Shown: piece after piece, positions 39,116-52,299 of the stretch
How the letters are laid out: each line of letters starts with the position of its first letter
How positions within the stretch are numbered: the stretch's first letter is position 1
From: Camelus dromedarius
Lineage: Eukaryota
Assembly: GCF_036321535.1 (NCBI RefSeq)
Contig: NC_087437.1
Span: forward strand, 101,620,001-101,684,000
Length of the DNA: 64,000 nucleotides
Direction of reading: 5' to 3'
Position numbers and translations under genes: made by a program
The notes under the pieces: generated by a model
What the model was told of the DNA's origin: nothing
The model's database searches: none
Seen by the model: only the letters and a program-made list of their open reading frames with translations

Positions 39116-39449
39116 TAGTCTCACTCTATTGATGATTTTACCACAGATAGAGGTTTACTACTTTATGCACATGATGATTTCCAAATGTATGTTCACTGTT
39201 CAGACATCTCTATTGTATTCTGCTCATATATCTCACTATCTACTCAATAGCTCCATTTCAATACTAAATAATCGCCAAAGTGGAAAAGTCCAACTCACTG
39301 TCTCACAATTACTTCTCATCCCATAGTTTCCTCACCTCAGTTAATCAGACTTCAATTCCTCCAGTCTGTTAGGCCAAAAACATTACAGTCAGCATTGACT
39401 CCTTTCTCTCTTATCTAGAATGCAACGGCTCCAGTAATCCTGTACATAC

Positions 39450-39862
39450 TGTTATGGACAGAGCTGTCCCCCCAAATTAATGTGTTGAAGTCCTAACCCC
39501 TGATAAGACTATATGTGGCAGTCGAGCCTTTAGGGAGGTAGTTAAGGTTAAATAAGGCCATAAGCATACGGTCCTAATCCGATGGGGCTGGTGTCTATAT
39601 AAGAAGAGGAAGGGACACCAGAGATGGGAACAAGAGTGGAGATACTTTTCTCTTTTTCTCTGCAGGCATAGGGGAGAGGCAGTGTGAGGACACAGTGAGA
39701 AGGGAGTGTCTACAAGCTAGGGAGGATCCGTGCCAGAAACCAGCCCTGGTCCCTTGATCTTGGACTTCCTTCTAACTTTCAGAACTGTGAGAAAACAAAT
39801 GTCTTTGTTAAAGCCAATCAGTCTGTGCTACTTGGTTAAGGCAGTCCAAGCAGACTAATATA
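39450..39862 (+). mobile_element. MaLR LTR MLT1A-like
   Basis: Start 'tgttatggac...cccccaaatt..tgtgttgaagtcctaacccc'; middle 'ttgatcttggacttcc...agaactgtgagaaaacaaat'; end 'gcagtccaagcagactaata'. Confidence 0.9.
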
Positions 39863-40500
39863 CTATCTTTTATAAAATCTCACCACCTGTTACCTCTTGA
39901 TCTGGCTCCAGCCTGCTCCAAGCCTTCATTATGTCTTGCCTATATCGCTGCAGTTACCTCACAGCTGGTCTTTACTTTCTGTCTTTCTCCCCTTCAGCTA
40001 GTCTCACCATATCATCCACAGTGAGCCTCTAAACTGGAAGTCATTCTTGCTCGTAATCCTCTGTTGTCCTGAAAGCAGAGTATAAGCAAAAGTGCTTAAA
40101 CTGATTTGGCCTCCTCTTACTTCTTACAACTCCCATGGTACTACTTTTTTCCTCACTGGTGCAGTTTTAGTCACACTGGCCTCATAACATATGCCAGCTG
40201 CCTTCCTACACCATGGCTTTGCACCAGCTGCTCCTTTTCTGGAAATCTTCTTCCTGAAGATATCCATATGAACTTCCTTTCAACCTCCTTCCCTGACTCT
40301 GCTCAAATTACACTTTTTACCTGAGCTCTTCCCTGACACTACTTCACTTTGACCTCTTCCCTCCCTGTCATTCCCTCTTCTTCTTGCTTTCTTTTTCTTT
40401 ATAGCACTTACTCCCGTCTAAGTTACTATATGTGTTACTTATTTGCTTCTTTTTTGTAGGTTGTGTATTTTGACCTCTCTCATTAGAATGCAGTCCATCA

Positions 40501-41134
40501 CGTATATTAATTTTTCTATCATTGCCTTAAAAATTGCCACAAAATTATCAATTTAGAATAAAACAAAATTATTATCTCAGTTTCTATACGTCAGAAGTCC
40601 AGGTACCACATAGCTCAAGTGAATTCTCTGCTTAGAGTCTTACCAGGCTGCCATCAAGGTATTAGAAGGGCTACATTCCTTTTTGGAAGTTCTAGAGATG
40701 AATATGGTTCTAAAAACATTCAGGATATTGGGAGATTTAAGTGTCATGCAGTTGTCAGACTGAGATTCTTCTTCTTTGTTGATTGTGAGATGAGGGTGAT
40801 TTCCGCCTTCCAGACGCCAGCTTCCTTTTCTGGCCAGTTTCATCCTCAATGCCAGCAACAGTTGGTTGAGTTTGAATCATGCTAGTGATTCTCTGACCTC
40901 TCTTTCTGCCTCCTTACTCAGCTGTTACTTCCAGCCAGAGAAAATTCTCACCTTTCAAGGATTCATGAGCTTCGTTTGGGCCCATTCCAATAATCCAGGA
41001 TCATCTCTACATTTTAAGGTCAATAATCTTAATTATATCTGCAAAGTCCTTTTTGCCACGTAGAGTAACGTATTCAGAAGTTCCAGGGATTAGGTTCTGG
41101 ACGTGTTTGGGGGGCCACTTTTCCGCCTACCATG
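40501..41134 (-). mobile_element. MaLR LTR MLT1D/E-like
   Basis: Ends 'gggattaggttctggacgtgtttggggggccacttttccgcctacca', the reverse complement of the MLT1D start; 'ttgggcccattccaataatccagga' and 'tctgcaaagtcctttttgcca' motifs. Confidence 0.85.
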
Positions 41135-41774
41135 TGGTTTATAGATTTGTTTCCACAATGCCTGGTTGAATTCAATGGAAATTAATATGTATTTAATAAA
41201 TTTTTAATAGTAAACTCTTGAAAATACTTAGTTTAACAATGAAATATCAATTCAGTATATTCTAGCAGTGCTTAAAATAACATTTCAAATTAAACAGCTA
41301 CATTCTTTCTAACTTATTGCTGAAATATTTTAGATTCACTTTAGTACTGTCATTTGTCATAGAAGCTCCAAGAATTATAATGAAATTTAGTGCTTGGCAT
41401 TGTTACCAAGGAATTTATCATTTACTAAAAGGCATAATGAAAGGTCAGAAATAACTATAAAACAGTAAGTGATATGATATGTCATGAAGGGATTTATGTC
41501 TTTTGAATATTATGAGAACATGTGGTCATAACGGTGGGAAGAATAAGGAAAAGTTTCATCAAAAAATGTGACTCAAAGAATTAAAGTAATTTCAAAAGAT
41601 GTGGTGCTTGGGGAAAAAGACATCCCTAATTAGAGTAAAATATGACAAAGATGTAGAAGTAAGAAAGTGCAGGACATGTCTGAATGAGAACAAGCAGGAT
41701 TTGTGAATTTTTCTGAAAATAAATTATATATGAATGAGACAGAAAGAGATAAGTCTGGAAACAATTACATTAAT

Positions 41775-42600
41775 GACATCTATTTATTAGTACCTATGAA
41801 GCCCGTGCATCCTTCACTGGGCACGTAGCACAATAGAGAAGAAAAACAAAGTTCCACTGAGTAGAACTTTAGTCCACAAATACAAACTAATACAAAAATA
41901 TATAACATATCAGTTATATAGAAAAATAAATCTTGGCAGGGAAACTTGGGAGTGTCGCTGGTTTCAGGTAAGGCCTTTCAGAGAACAAAACATTTAAGGA
42001 CATATCTGAAGCAATGAGGTGGACTGAACCATGCTGTTCTCAGAAGGAACAGGCTTCCAGGGAAAGGAAATGAATGTGTAAGGATCTGAGATGAGATGGG
42101 CCAGGAATAGATTTAATTTATCTGAGAAACAGAGGGAAGGCTCATATGCCAGGACCAGGATGACCGTGTGTTGGAGAGAAGAGTGGAAGGAGATGTACTC
42201 ATAAAGGCATTTGCAGCCTTGTTATGGAGGACCTTGACTGAAAGAGTGAAGAATTCTGGCTAGTTGCAGAAACAGCGAGTTGCCATTAAGTTATACGGAA
42301 ATAATTTGGAACTTTTTAAAAAAGATGACTGGAAACAATGTATAGTGTGAAGTTGAGTTGGAACAAATCAGGGACAGGAGACAGGTTGAGGGGTATGACA
42401 ATGATCTGGTAGAGAAGCAGAACACTGTACCTGAGAGATGTGATGATGGTGCCAAAGCCAAATAGGAAGTAAGACACTGTAGAAGAACAATTGAGAGGAG
42501 AAAGAAAGGAAGAAACAGGGATAAAATTTGGTATAGAATTTCCAAACTTAAGTAACTGGAAGTAAGTTAGGATAGAACACTCATTCAAGAGAGAGAAAAC
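41775..42600 (-). mobile_element. L2 LINE fragment
   Basis: Begins 'tatttattagtacctatg' (antisense L2 tail); 'gtacctgagagatgtgatgatggtgcca' and purine-rich antisense L2 body. Confidence 0.7.
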
Positions 42601-43918
42601 ATACTATAATTAAAACTACTTCACATGAGTTGTTGTTGGCATGTTGTATCTGATACCACTTATGGGTGCCTCAGGTTCGCGCTTGCATCCACATTCTCCT
42701 TGGCTTGATTTGAACAGAAGCAACCACAGCAACTAATTCACCTTAGCACCTGCCAAGTTCCACTACCTGAAACTGTTGCCTGACATCCTGATCTTCTCCT
42801 CCTCAAGACCCCCAACTTGAGATGAGGATTTTAATCATGTACTATTTTCTTGATTAAGTGAATTGAAAAATTAACCAATCACTACCCCAATTTTATGCCA
42901 CAAATGATTTGAAGAGTTTATATAGAAAAACTGTAGAAGAATGAATGAAGATCAGAACCACCACAAAACATAGATTAGAATAAAAGTGACAGAGATAGGG
43001 ATTACGATGTCTATCACTGAGTTGCATATTTGAATTTCAGGTCACAGGCAGTCTAAATAAGAAAAGTTAAGAAAAGCAATAACTGTATTGTTATTACTTA
43101 TAGAGTTAGAACGGTATGTTCCTCTGGGGAAGCTAAGCTTTCCGGAATTATTTCTGATTTTTTTTCTTTTTCTTTCATGGGCCCTTACACCAGTGACAAT
43201 GAATGGCATACGATGTGATGACCTCAACCACATTTCCTCAACAAATGTAATTGTGGGTTTTAAAATCTGATCTTCAAAGGTCCTTTGAAGAAAGATGAGA
43301 CTATGAAACAAAAGTGAACCTCAGATAAATCTGGGGAATGAAAGTCAAAGAAAGTAAGAAAATAATCTATCATTATTATGTTAGAAAATCCAAAATTAAA
43401 TTACAAATAACATACACGTTCACAGCTTTCAAGTGGTCCAGCTTATTTCTCTCTAGTGGAATGGATGGACTATTGGGGGCTAATATGTCCTGTGCTGTTA
43501 GCAGGTTGGCTATGCAACTTTTGGTTTATTTTTTTCCCTGGAGTTTGGAAGGATATCAGGGATCCCACAAATCCTTAGCTACCATTACATTTCTTATTAT
43601 GGAGGACAGGTAGCCAACACTACCCAGCCACATCTGCTTCCACAATGATTAATTTATGGTTACCCAACATTATCAGTTATCTGTATTCTAGGACACAAAA
43701 TCTAGTCCCACAAATATTTCATGTATCTATAGGTACAAATGGCAAGATTAACAATTTGTGTGCCTATTTCTATGCTTATGAGTTCTCTTTCTTTGTAATT
43801 CTTTCCTCTAGATTCACTTTTCTTTTTGCTGATATACATCTTTCAGTAGTTCACTGCATGCTATGGATGGCACATTTCTTACTGTTTTTGTGTTGTGGTT
43901 ATTTTAATAATATGTCTT

Positions 43919-44014
43919 TAATCATTGCCAGGTTTTAGTGTTTTTTATTATTATTATTAATATACATAATCATTGCCAGGTTTTAGTGTTTTTTATTATT
44001 ATTATTAATATACA
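43919..44014. repeat. Perfect 48-bp tandem duplication
   Basis: 'taatcattgccaggttttagtgttttttattattattattaatataca' at 43919-43966 and 43967-44014. Confidence 0.95.
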
Positions 44015-45082
44015 TTACATTCCCACAACACATCTAGATCTGAATTTTCAAAAATAATCTTAATTTGAGAATGCATGTTTTCTCGAGGACACCACTTTCA
44101 GACAAATTTCAGTTCTTACTAACTAGGAATCAAATTAGAATACTTTCTGAACCATAAACCCAAGAGGCCAGTAATTTAAGCTCCTAATCTTTGTTTCTTG
44201 TTCTACAAGAAGTTAAACTATTTTGATTTTCCAGACAGATATGTTTCCTTTTTTGTCTATCATTGTAATGTATTTGGAAGTAGTGGTGAAATTAAAAGCA
44301 CGAAATCACAAAATTCATTCTGAACTGTGAATGCATTGGTAACATGTAATTTTTCTGTGACCTCTCCAACATGATGTTGATAAAAAGATTTCCTCTTTTG
44401 AAATGTTTTATTATCTTACTCAATATCAAAAATTATATTTTTAGATGAAAGGAAAATAAGCATAACTTAATGTAAAGATTTTGAATGCAAATATATTGGC
44501 AGAATGTTTGGGGGAGGGATTTGTGACCATGTAATTCTGCTCAGTATCAACACCAAGGCCTTCCCTTCTATGTTGTCTTTGCTCTTTTGTGTGTCAAGTA
44601 TCTCAGCCTTTAATCTGGTAAATGTGAGGTTCTGAGTGACTGGATCATTAAAAATGTATATCTATTTAGAGCAGGTCAAGTGGGTTTCAGCCAGGTTCTG
44701 GGGCACTGACAGACATTATTCTGGTAGAAACTTTAAAATCAAATTACTGGAAACTATCAATGGAAGGCACATACCCCACAGCTCATAGAGGTTTAATGAT
44801 AGCATAATACTTATATTTTAGGGCTCTGTCCATATAAAGAGCTGATAGTGTTTCTAAATGTAGTCTTCCTGTCTCTGGCTCCAACCTCCAGGGTTAGCTC
44901 CCATCACTTCCTCCTTATCTGTACCCAAGGAACTCTTTATGCATCTTCCGGGAACCAGGAAATCTAGCTCATTTTATTTTTGGATTTTAGATCTATTATG
45001 ACATAAACTCAATGTTTGTTTCCATCAGTTCATCCTTTTTGATTCTCATGAATATCTTTTGTAAGTCAAAATTCTAAACTGT

Positions 45083-45197
45083 GGGGGAGGATATAGCTCA
45101 AGTTGTAGGGAGCATGCTTAGCATGCATTAGGTCATGGGTTCAACCCCCAGTACTTCCTCTAAAAATAAATAAGTAAAAGAACTACCTTTCTCCAAA
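45083..45197 (+). mobile_element. tRNA-derived camelid SINE (vic-1-like)
   Basis: 'gggggaggatatagctcaagttgtagggagcatgcttagcatgcattaggtcatgggttcaacccccagtacttcc' plus A-rich tail; diverged TSD aaaattctaaactgt / aaaattgtgaacagt. Confidence 0.9.
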
Positions 45198-47722
45198 AAA
45201 ATTGTGAACAGTGATTTTTAAAGAAATTTCTCTCTTACTTCCAGCTTGAATGATTCCCCTCATTCAGATATGTGAGCATTGCTGACTGATTTGATCTAAC
45301 TCAAGAGTCCATAGTCTTCCTACCGTATCAAGCTCCCTTCTTTTTGGCCTCAGTGTATAGTGAATCAGAAACAAGTTGGTTTCAAGGCTAATATATGGAA
45401 AAAAAACCCTTAATATTTCAAGTAATTATCGCTTTTCACAATGACCTTGGATAGCTTCTACATACTTCTCATTATTCCAACAAGGATAAAACTTGCTTCA
45501 GTGCCCTATATAGTGACATTCTAAAAATAGCGTAAGTACACATTTTACAAACAATGGAGCAAATTTCAAAAATCAAAGAAAGAATGTTCTTCCATAATCA
45601 TTTAACTCACCACTCTGTTTAGTAGATCCATGCCTAAAACATAGAAATAAAACATGTTTTCTTTAAAATTAGCTCAAATACATCAGCATTTTTGCAGATT
45701 CAGCAAAGATGTTCGCATTTACCAGACTCAGCTTATGAGTTGCAGACAGCTCTTTTACATTTTGGAGGATTTCCAGTATCACTACTTACCTAAATGACAT
45801 TTGAGGTGGTGGCACTTAATGAGGTACATGCAATACAGTACTTAACTCGTGACATCTACCAGGCAGAAAATGCTTTATTAGCTGATCCTGTTCTATGAAT
45901 ATAAATTGATTTTTCCCCTTGGTTAGGAAAATTGGCTCTTCAACTATACTTAAAGACAGAGTTAACTGGGTCCATCTAGCAAATTAGAGTAGATTTCATT
46001 GCATAAATGACGACATAAATGGGAAAGGGTACTTAAGTCTAGTGATCTTTGTCCCTAGGCATCGTGTTTATCGATTGCCCTACATTTAGGTCAGGAAGAA
46101 AGGTCTTATCTTACAGTTTGTAGAGGTCCCTGGAGTTTAATCACTTTGCTACAAAGCATTAGGTAATTTTTTTTTGATAAATGAATTCCTTAAACGTCAG
46201 GGCTTTAGCAGTAATAGAGTAGGACCTTGAAAAAGATATATTTCTTTTTCATCCAAATTCCTTGTTTCTGAGTCACACTGTCTTTGATCCATAAATGCAA
46301 ATAGTTTTCAGTCACTGTTATAGTTACCAATGTTCTTGAGCATCACTGGAGGCCTGAGGCCACATCATTTACAAGTGGACGTGGTAAGAGAAACATGAAG
46401 TTGTTCCTTTTCATCAAAATTCTTTCAACAAAGGAAGAGAGGTTGAGGCAAAGGTAGAGAAGACAGAGGGAGAAACAGAGAAAGCTAGAGAGAGAAAGAG
46501 AGAGAGAGAAGAGAGAAAGGAATATTGAATGCAGATAATTAAAATTCCATAATCCAGGCTTAAAGAACCATGTGTCTTCAGAAAAGAGAAATGTTCATGT
46601 ACATACAGTAAGGAGGAAGTGTTACTAGAGGAAATTTAACTTGAGTTCGGTGTTTAAGGATATATAAGATTTACTTAATTGGAGAGAAAAGAGAAATGGT
46701 TTCTAATTTAGTAGAGAGTGTAAGTAAACTTCATGAAGTAGAAAAAAGTAATGGGGAACAGAAAGAAAAGTTACCCGGCTGAGAGAAAGTCAGTCTGAGA
46801 CATGGTTGTTGACTTACTAAACTTCTTTTAACTTCATATTTGAAGACTTAAATAGAAAATGTAAACTCCTACATTTTGTACACAGAATAGTAATGCAAGT
46901 CTAGAAATTACATTATTTAAGGAATGAACAGAAAATGAAGTGGTGCTTGTGAAAAGTATCTTTAAGATTATACTTCCTAATTGTTTTTACACACTAATTT
47001 TTAATTATAATATTGATGGTTTCCTGAGAAAGAGAATATTGAGAAGAAATATAAAAGTTGCCAGTTAACATGTGACTGTCTGTTATTTAATAAAAAGATT
47101 GGGTTATTATGCATGATGCCAAAGGGCAAGGCCAGAACAACTGCATAGAATTACAAGTAATTTGGGATCTAGCAAAATAATAAATAGCTCCCATAGAGTC
47201 AAACATTAGAAGTAGCTTAACAACAAAGAAATAGATCATTACTAAATGTACTTAAACAACAGGTGAATTATCTTCAGACAAGAAGGGAATCTTACATTAT
47301 TTTAGACAGCATCTAGGGTTCTTGCTCCAGAAAATCTAATATTTTATAAATAGATTCACTATAAGTCAGATTGTAGAAATCTTGAGAGTAAATACTAAAG
47401 ATTTCACTCTTGATGCTACAGCCACAGGGAAAGAGTCTCAATTTTGTTAAAAAGATAAGCACAACATAGTTACAATGATTAAGGGAATGCTAATCCATCA
47501 GGAATATGAAAATTAGAAATAAACTTTTGGGAATTATTATTAAGTTTTTCTGAAAGATACAGTGATTATATAACTGATTCTGATTGTGGTGTACCCTGCT
47601 TTAGAGCTAAGGAGGAAGCGTAAGATAGATCATAAAAGAATATCTTGATTTTTGGTACCAATAACATGGGCTTATTCAAAAATTCTTCAGTTATTTTTAG
47701 GTCCAAAAAGAATCATGTGGCA

Positions 47723-47724
<2 letters not shown>

Positions 47725-47768
<44 letters not shown>

Positions 47769-47805
47769 GTCTCTGTCTCTCTCTCTCTCTATATATATAT
47801 ATACA
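47725..47805. repeat. Compound (CT)n-(AT)n microsatellite
   Basis: Directly visible. Confidence 0.92.
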
Positions 47806-48239
47806 CATATACATGTATATGAATACTTATATTTTGGATATAAAAAAGACATTTTATACTTGTATTTTAAATTTCTGTGTGTATATATATTGGATATAAG
47901 AAGACATTTTATGTTTTATTTTAAATAATCTTTCTTCTGGATAATTTTAATTGTTATTTAAAAAACTATGGAGAAGGGTAGAGACAAACAGAAGATACGT
48001 GGTATAGTGCATGAACTGTACACACGTGCCCACAAACACACTTGGGCACACTTAAGAGGTATTTTAATAGGGGATATTCAGCTGCATGTAGCAGAAAGTG
48101 CAAATGCGAGTGTTTTAAACAATGACAACACTTACTGCCACATACAATGAGAAGTTCTAAGATATTTATATTATTCAGTGTATTAATTAGGCATCTTTTC
48201 AACATCATGTCATCATCAGAAATGCTTTTCATCTGCTTG

Positions 48240-48600
48240 GAGTCTCATACTGAATGTACTGGTTTGATCTTCAGGCTATTTTCTCTTTTGGTTACAAGTT
48301 GCCACATCAAAACCTGACAATTTTAAAGATATGATAAAAGATTGTATGTCCCTTCTGTTTTTAAGAGCTAGAAGTCCTTTTTAAGAAGACACACCACCCT
48401 CCATCACCTCTCATTGGACAGAAATTGATAACATGACCATCCTGTAAACCTATTCCCTTCAAGGGAATAAGACTACCAAGACTGACTTAAATAATGAGAA
48501 TTTACTCATGAATCACGTGTGTGTAATGCAGATACTGGAACAAGTTCAGGCTTTACCAGCAAGATAAAAGGAGAGAATAGCTGCCACATAAAAAGTATAA
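48240..48600 (-). mobile_element. Old MaLR LTR (MLT1K/L-like)
   Basis: 'tctcattggacagaaattgataacatgaccatcc' resembles 'tctcattggccagaactgggtcacatgccca'. Confidence 0.5.
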
Positions 48601-48898
48601 GACAATGTATCTCTAACTAACGAGTAAATCATATTTATTTCTTTTGCATTCTATTGCTGCAGATAGTTTCTTGCTGAGCCAAAGCTCTTGGAATAAAAAA
48701 CACAAGAATTATGAAACAGAACAACACTTAAATTTATTACTGCTATAATCGAAGCAATTTGCCTTGGCAAATGAAAACTAAAAATAAACACACTGTAATG
48801 TGCTCATGATTCTGCCCTCTTTTTAAATGTTAGCCAGAGAGAAATTCACTAAGTATCTGCCTACATGAAAAAGTGTACATAAAGGTACGTATGGGCAA

Positions 48899-48901
<3 letters not shown>

Positions 48902-48942
<41 letters not shown>
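48902..48942. repeat. (CA)n microsatellite
   Basis: Perfect CA run of about 20 units. Confidence 0.98.
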
Positions 48943-48944
<2 letters not shown>

Positions 48945-49759
48945 ATTCATGAATGTTTAATATCTAACAACTGGCCAACTATCAGGTTTATCTTATTTAG
49001 CATCTGGGGTATGAATGAAAAGAAATTATAATTAACTGAAGTGCCTGTAGCTAAATATAAGATACGTTAGGTAAACCACAGCATGTGCTAACTCTGCAAT
49101 TTATATTTTTTGAATTACAGGATCTGAAAAAGTAGGGAAAAGATTCCTTGCTCGTTAAGAAGTCTGATGTGCTGCTTTATCAAGAAAATTACAAATGTAC
49201 TATGCTCTTATTTTACATGTGTTCCAATGTGGTCCAAGTGATGGGTTTTGAGCACTGCATATTTATTATTATTTTAATTTAGGTTGGTAATACCCATTAA
49301 AATATATACTTATGTTACTTTCAATGACAAATTACAGTGTAATTTTGTTCAAATATAATTTCTAATAAAATTACTGCAATTTGTCCTATTTTTGCTTCCC
49401 CATCATATATAAATTCCCTTCAATTACAGTTTTAGTATTTAATAATCTCAAATTTCTATTTTATACCAATCTATAAAAAGCTGAATTAAAGTTCTCCTGT
49501 TGTGTGTATGTATTTTTAAAATTTCTTGACTATGTAAACATATCACAGATCCCAAAATGTTTCTACCTTTTATATTTTTAGTTGATTCCTATGGATATTT
49601 ATATTCACAAAAATGACCAAGTGTTATGGATAATTTTAAAGTATGTATGATTAATTATAGAGAATTAAATTTTGTTTTCTAGTTGAGTAATTTGAGTATA
49701 AAAATATTTTTTAGTCAAATTATTTTTTAAAATATGGAGGCATCCAATAATCTGGACAG

Positions 49760-49900
49760 GTCCAAATTAGTGGAGCCTGAAGCTTACATACTTTGGGGAG
49801 GCCTTCTTTAAGGTTAAAGGATACAAACATATGAAAACAAAAATAAAATTTAGGCATGAAAGTGGAATATTTATTTAAAATCATAAATGAAAACTACAAG
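49760..49900. mobile_element. Possible hAT-type MER fragment
   Basis: 'gtggagcctgaagcttacatactttggggaggccttctttaag' resembles a common old mammalian MER terminus; family uncertain. Confidence 0.4.
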
Positions 49901-50006
49901 AAATTGCTACAGTCTACCAGAAATGCTTGCATAGAAATACTTTCTGACTGCAACCAACTTTTTTTCCCCACCTACAATATTCCACAACTATAAACAAAAC
50001 CTAGTA

Positions 50007-50821
50007 CAGTAGTCCCCCGTTATCTGCAGTTTCATTTTCTACGATTTCAGTTACCTGTGGTCAACTACAGCCCAAAAGCATCAAGTGGAAAATTCCAGAA
50101 ATAAACAATTCATGATTTTCAAATTGTGTGCCATTCTGAATAGCGTGATGGAATCTTGAGCAGTCCCACTTCATTACAGCCAGGATGTGAACCATCCCTT
50201 TGTCCAGTGCATCCCACCCACTAGTCACTTAGTGGCCCCCCCCGATTACAAGATGGACGTTCGTGGTATCCACTGCCTGTGCTAAACTAACCCTTATTTT
50301 ACTTAATAATGGCCCCAAAGTGCAAGAGTAGTGTTGCTGGCAATTCAGGTATGCCGAACAGAAGCCGTGAAGTGCTTCCTTTAAGTGAAAAGGTGCAAGT
50401 TCCTGACTTAAATAAGGAAAGAAAAAAATCATATGTTGAGGTTGCTAAGATTTACAGTAAGAACAAATCTTCTATCTGTTAAATTGTGAAGAAGGAAAAA
50501 AAAATTGTGCTAGTTGTGCGGTCACACATCAAGTTGCAAAAATTACAGCTGCGTGATGTGTTTAGCTAAGGTGGAAAAAGCATTAAATTTGTTCAGTAAG
50601 ATATTTTGAGAAAGAGAGGCCACATCCATATAACATTTCAGTGGACTGTTATAATTTATTAATATCTTACTGTACATTTATAAATAGAACTTTATCATAG
50701 GTGTGTGCATGTATAGAAGAACATAGGACATACAGGGTCTGGTGCTATCCATGGTATTTCAGGCACCTTCAAGGAGGGAGATCTTAGAACATATTCCCTG
50801 CAAGTCGTCAGGGGGCCACTG
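50007..50821 (+). mobile_element. TcMar-Tigger non-autonomous element (MER44/Tigger7-like)
   Basis: TIRs 'cagtagtcccccgttatctgc' and 'gcaagtcgtcagggggccactg' with TA on both sides (50005-50006, 50822-50823). A remnant transposase N-terminus from ATG 50309 reads MAPKCKSSVAGNSGMPNRSREVLPLSEKVQVPDLNKERKKSYVEVAKIYSKNKSSIC*. Confidence 0.92.
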
Positions 50822-51704
50822 TACTCACAGAGACCTATCCACATAAGAGACTCAGAAACTTCAGCTTCTTTTGCTTCTTGGTATACCCTCCTCTGACGGT
50901 AACTCTAAAATGATCAGTATCTTAGATTTCAAAATAGAAAATCAGTTTATTTTCATTTTGTGTAAATAGGAATTTGCTGTACATTCAAATGGAATTATAT
51001 TTCAGCAAATATATTAAGGATATGTATAAGAGACTGGTTTCAAATTAATTAAGTTTTTACAGAAATCCTTCCCTCTTTTCATCCTTCTTATGTGCACAGA
51101 TGATCTTTACAGTCTTTTTGATTTCTATAATCCTGTAACTGTGATTTAAAGAATTAAATCAAACACATACTAATTCTCTAGTTCATGTGTCAGCCTATTG
51201 TCATCTATTCCAAATCAAATGTTAAATAAGTTATAAAGAATAACGTCTTATTACATAATATTTTAAGGTCTGATTCTCCTACGGCTATTATCATTAAAAA
51301 AATGAAAAACTGAAAGGGACTGCTGTATCTCAGACCAAGGACAGTGACACCTATGAGAATGAAATTTGTCAATACAGGGCTAAGTGAGAAACTTCATTTT
51401 CCCCTATTTTTGAAGAACTTTCAAGTTACAATATTTTAATTTTAATATTTTAATTTTGGGGGGGAATCATTTTGCCCCCACAAACGAAGCAACTCATGTC
51501 ATCTTTACATGTAATCATGTGTTTTGTTTAATGTCTTTCAACTTCTGGCTGAGTAATAAAATAGTACAGATAAACTGAATTGATATACATGCTATAATTA
51601 TTAGAAAATAGCTATTGCATTTTCAATCTGGATTGAAAGTCTTAAAGAGAATCCAAATGTAAAGAAAAGTAAAAAAAATAATATGTTTTTTTCTTTTAAG
51701 TTTC

Positions 51705-52081
51705 TGTATTAGTTTGCTGGCTTTTTCATATCAAAGAGACACAAAAAGAGTGGCTTAAAGAAAGAAGTCTATTGTCTCACAGCTCTAGAGGCCAGAAGTC
51801 CAAAATCAAAATTTTGGCAGGACTGGTTCCCTCTGAGGGCTGTGGGGGAAGAATCTGTTCCAGGTCTATCTTCATATAATCTTTCCTCCATGTATGTCAA
51901 TCTGTGTCCAAATCCCTTTTGACACAAGTCACATTGGATTAGGTCTCACCCTAATTACTTCATTTTAACTTGATTATATCTGTAGACATCTTACCTCCAA
52001 ATAAGGTCACATTCTGAGGTACTAAGGATTAGAGCCTAATCTTTTTTTTTTTTGTAAGGGGACACAATTGAATCCATAACA
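51705..52081 (-). mobile_element. MaLR LTR MLT1B/C-like
   Basis: 'tgtattagtttgct...ctcacagctctagaggccagaagtccaaaatcaa...ccaaataaggtcacattctgaggtact...ggggacacaattgaatccataaca'; perfect 5-bp TSD gtttc (51700-51704 / 52082-52086). Confidence 0.93.
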
Positions 52082-52299
52082 GTTTCCTTTTCCTATTCAT
52101 GAAATATATCAAAATAGCCATTTTTATGTGTATGTATGGTAAACTATAAACTCTATCAAAACATTTATTCTGGATACTTTGATGTAATGACAGATCCACA
52201 CATACACATACACACACATGATTATGTCATTGACTTATACACATAAATGTGTTTTAATATGATTGAAGACATGTTACGAATACATGGTTTATGGTACTA

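Larger units (their letters stand above)
38750..40500 (+). mobile_element. L2 LINE 3' region interrupted by a SINE and an MLT1A LTR
   Basis: L2 motifs 'ttggcttccatacac', 'aggccaaaaacattacagtcagcattgactcctttctctc', 'catggctttgcaccagctgctcctttt', 'tttttctttatagcactta'. Confidence 0.75.

Noticed and set aside
44946..44954. Perfect STAT/GAS motif TTCCGGGAA
   Set aside because: A single 9-mer without clustering or other support.
51454..51484. Imperfect inverted repeat tttggggggg...cccccacaaa
   Set aside because: Short homopolymer-driven stem with no TSD or recognisable family.
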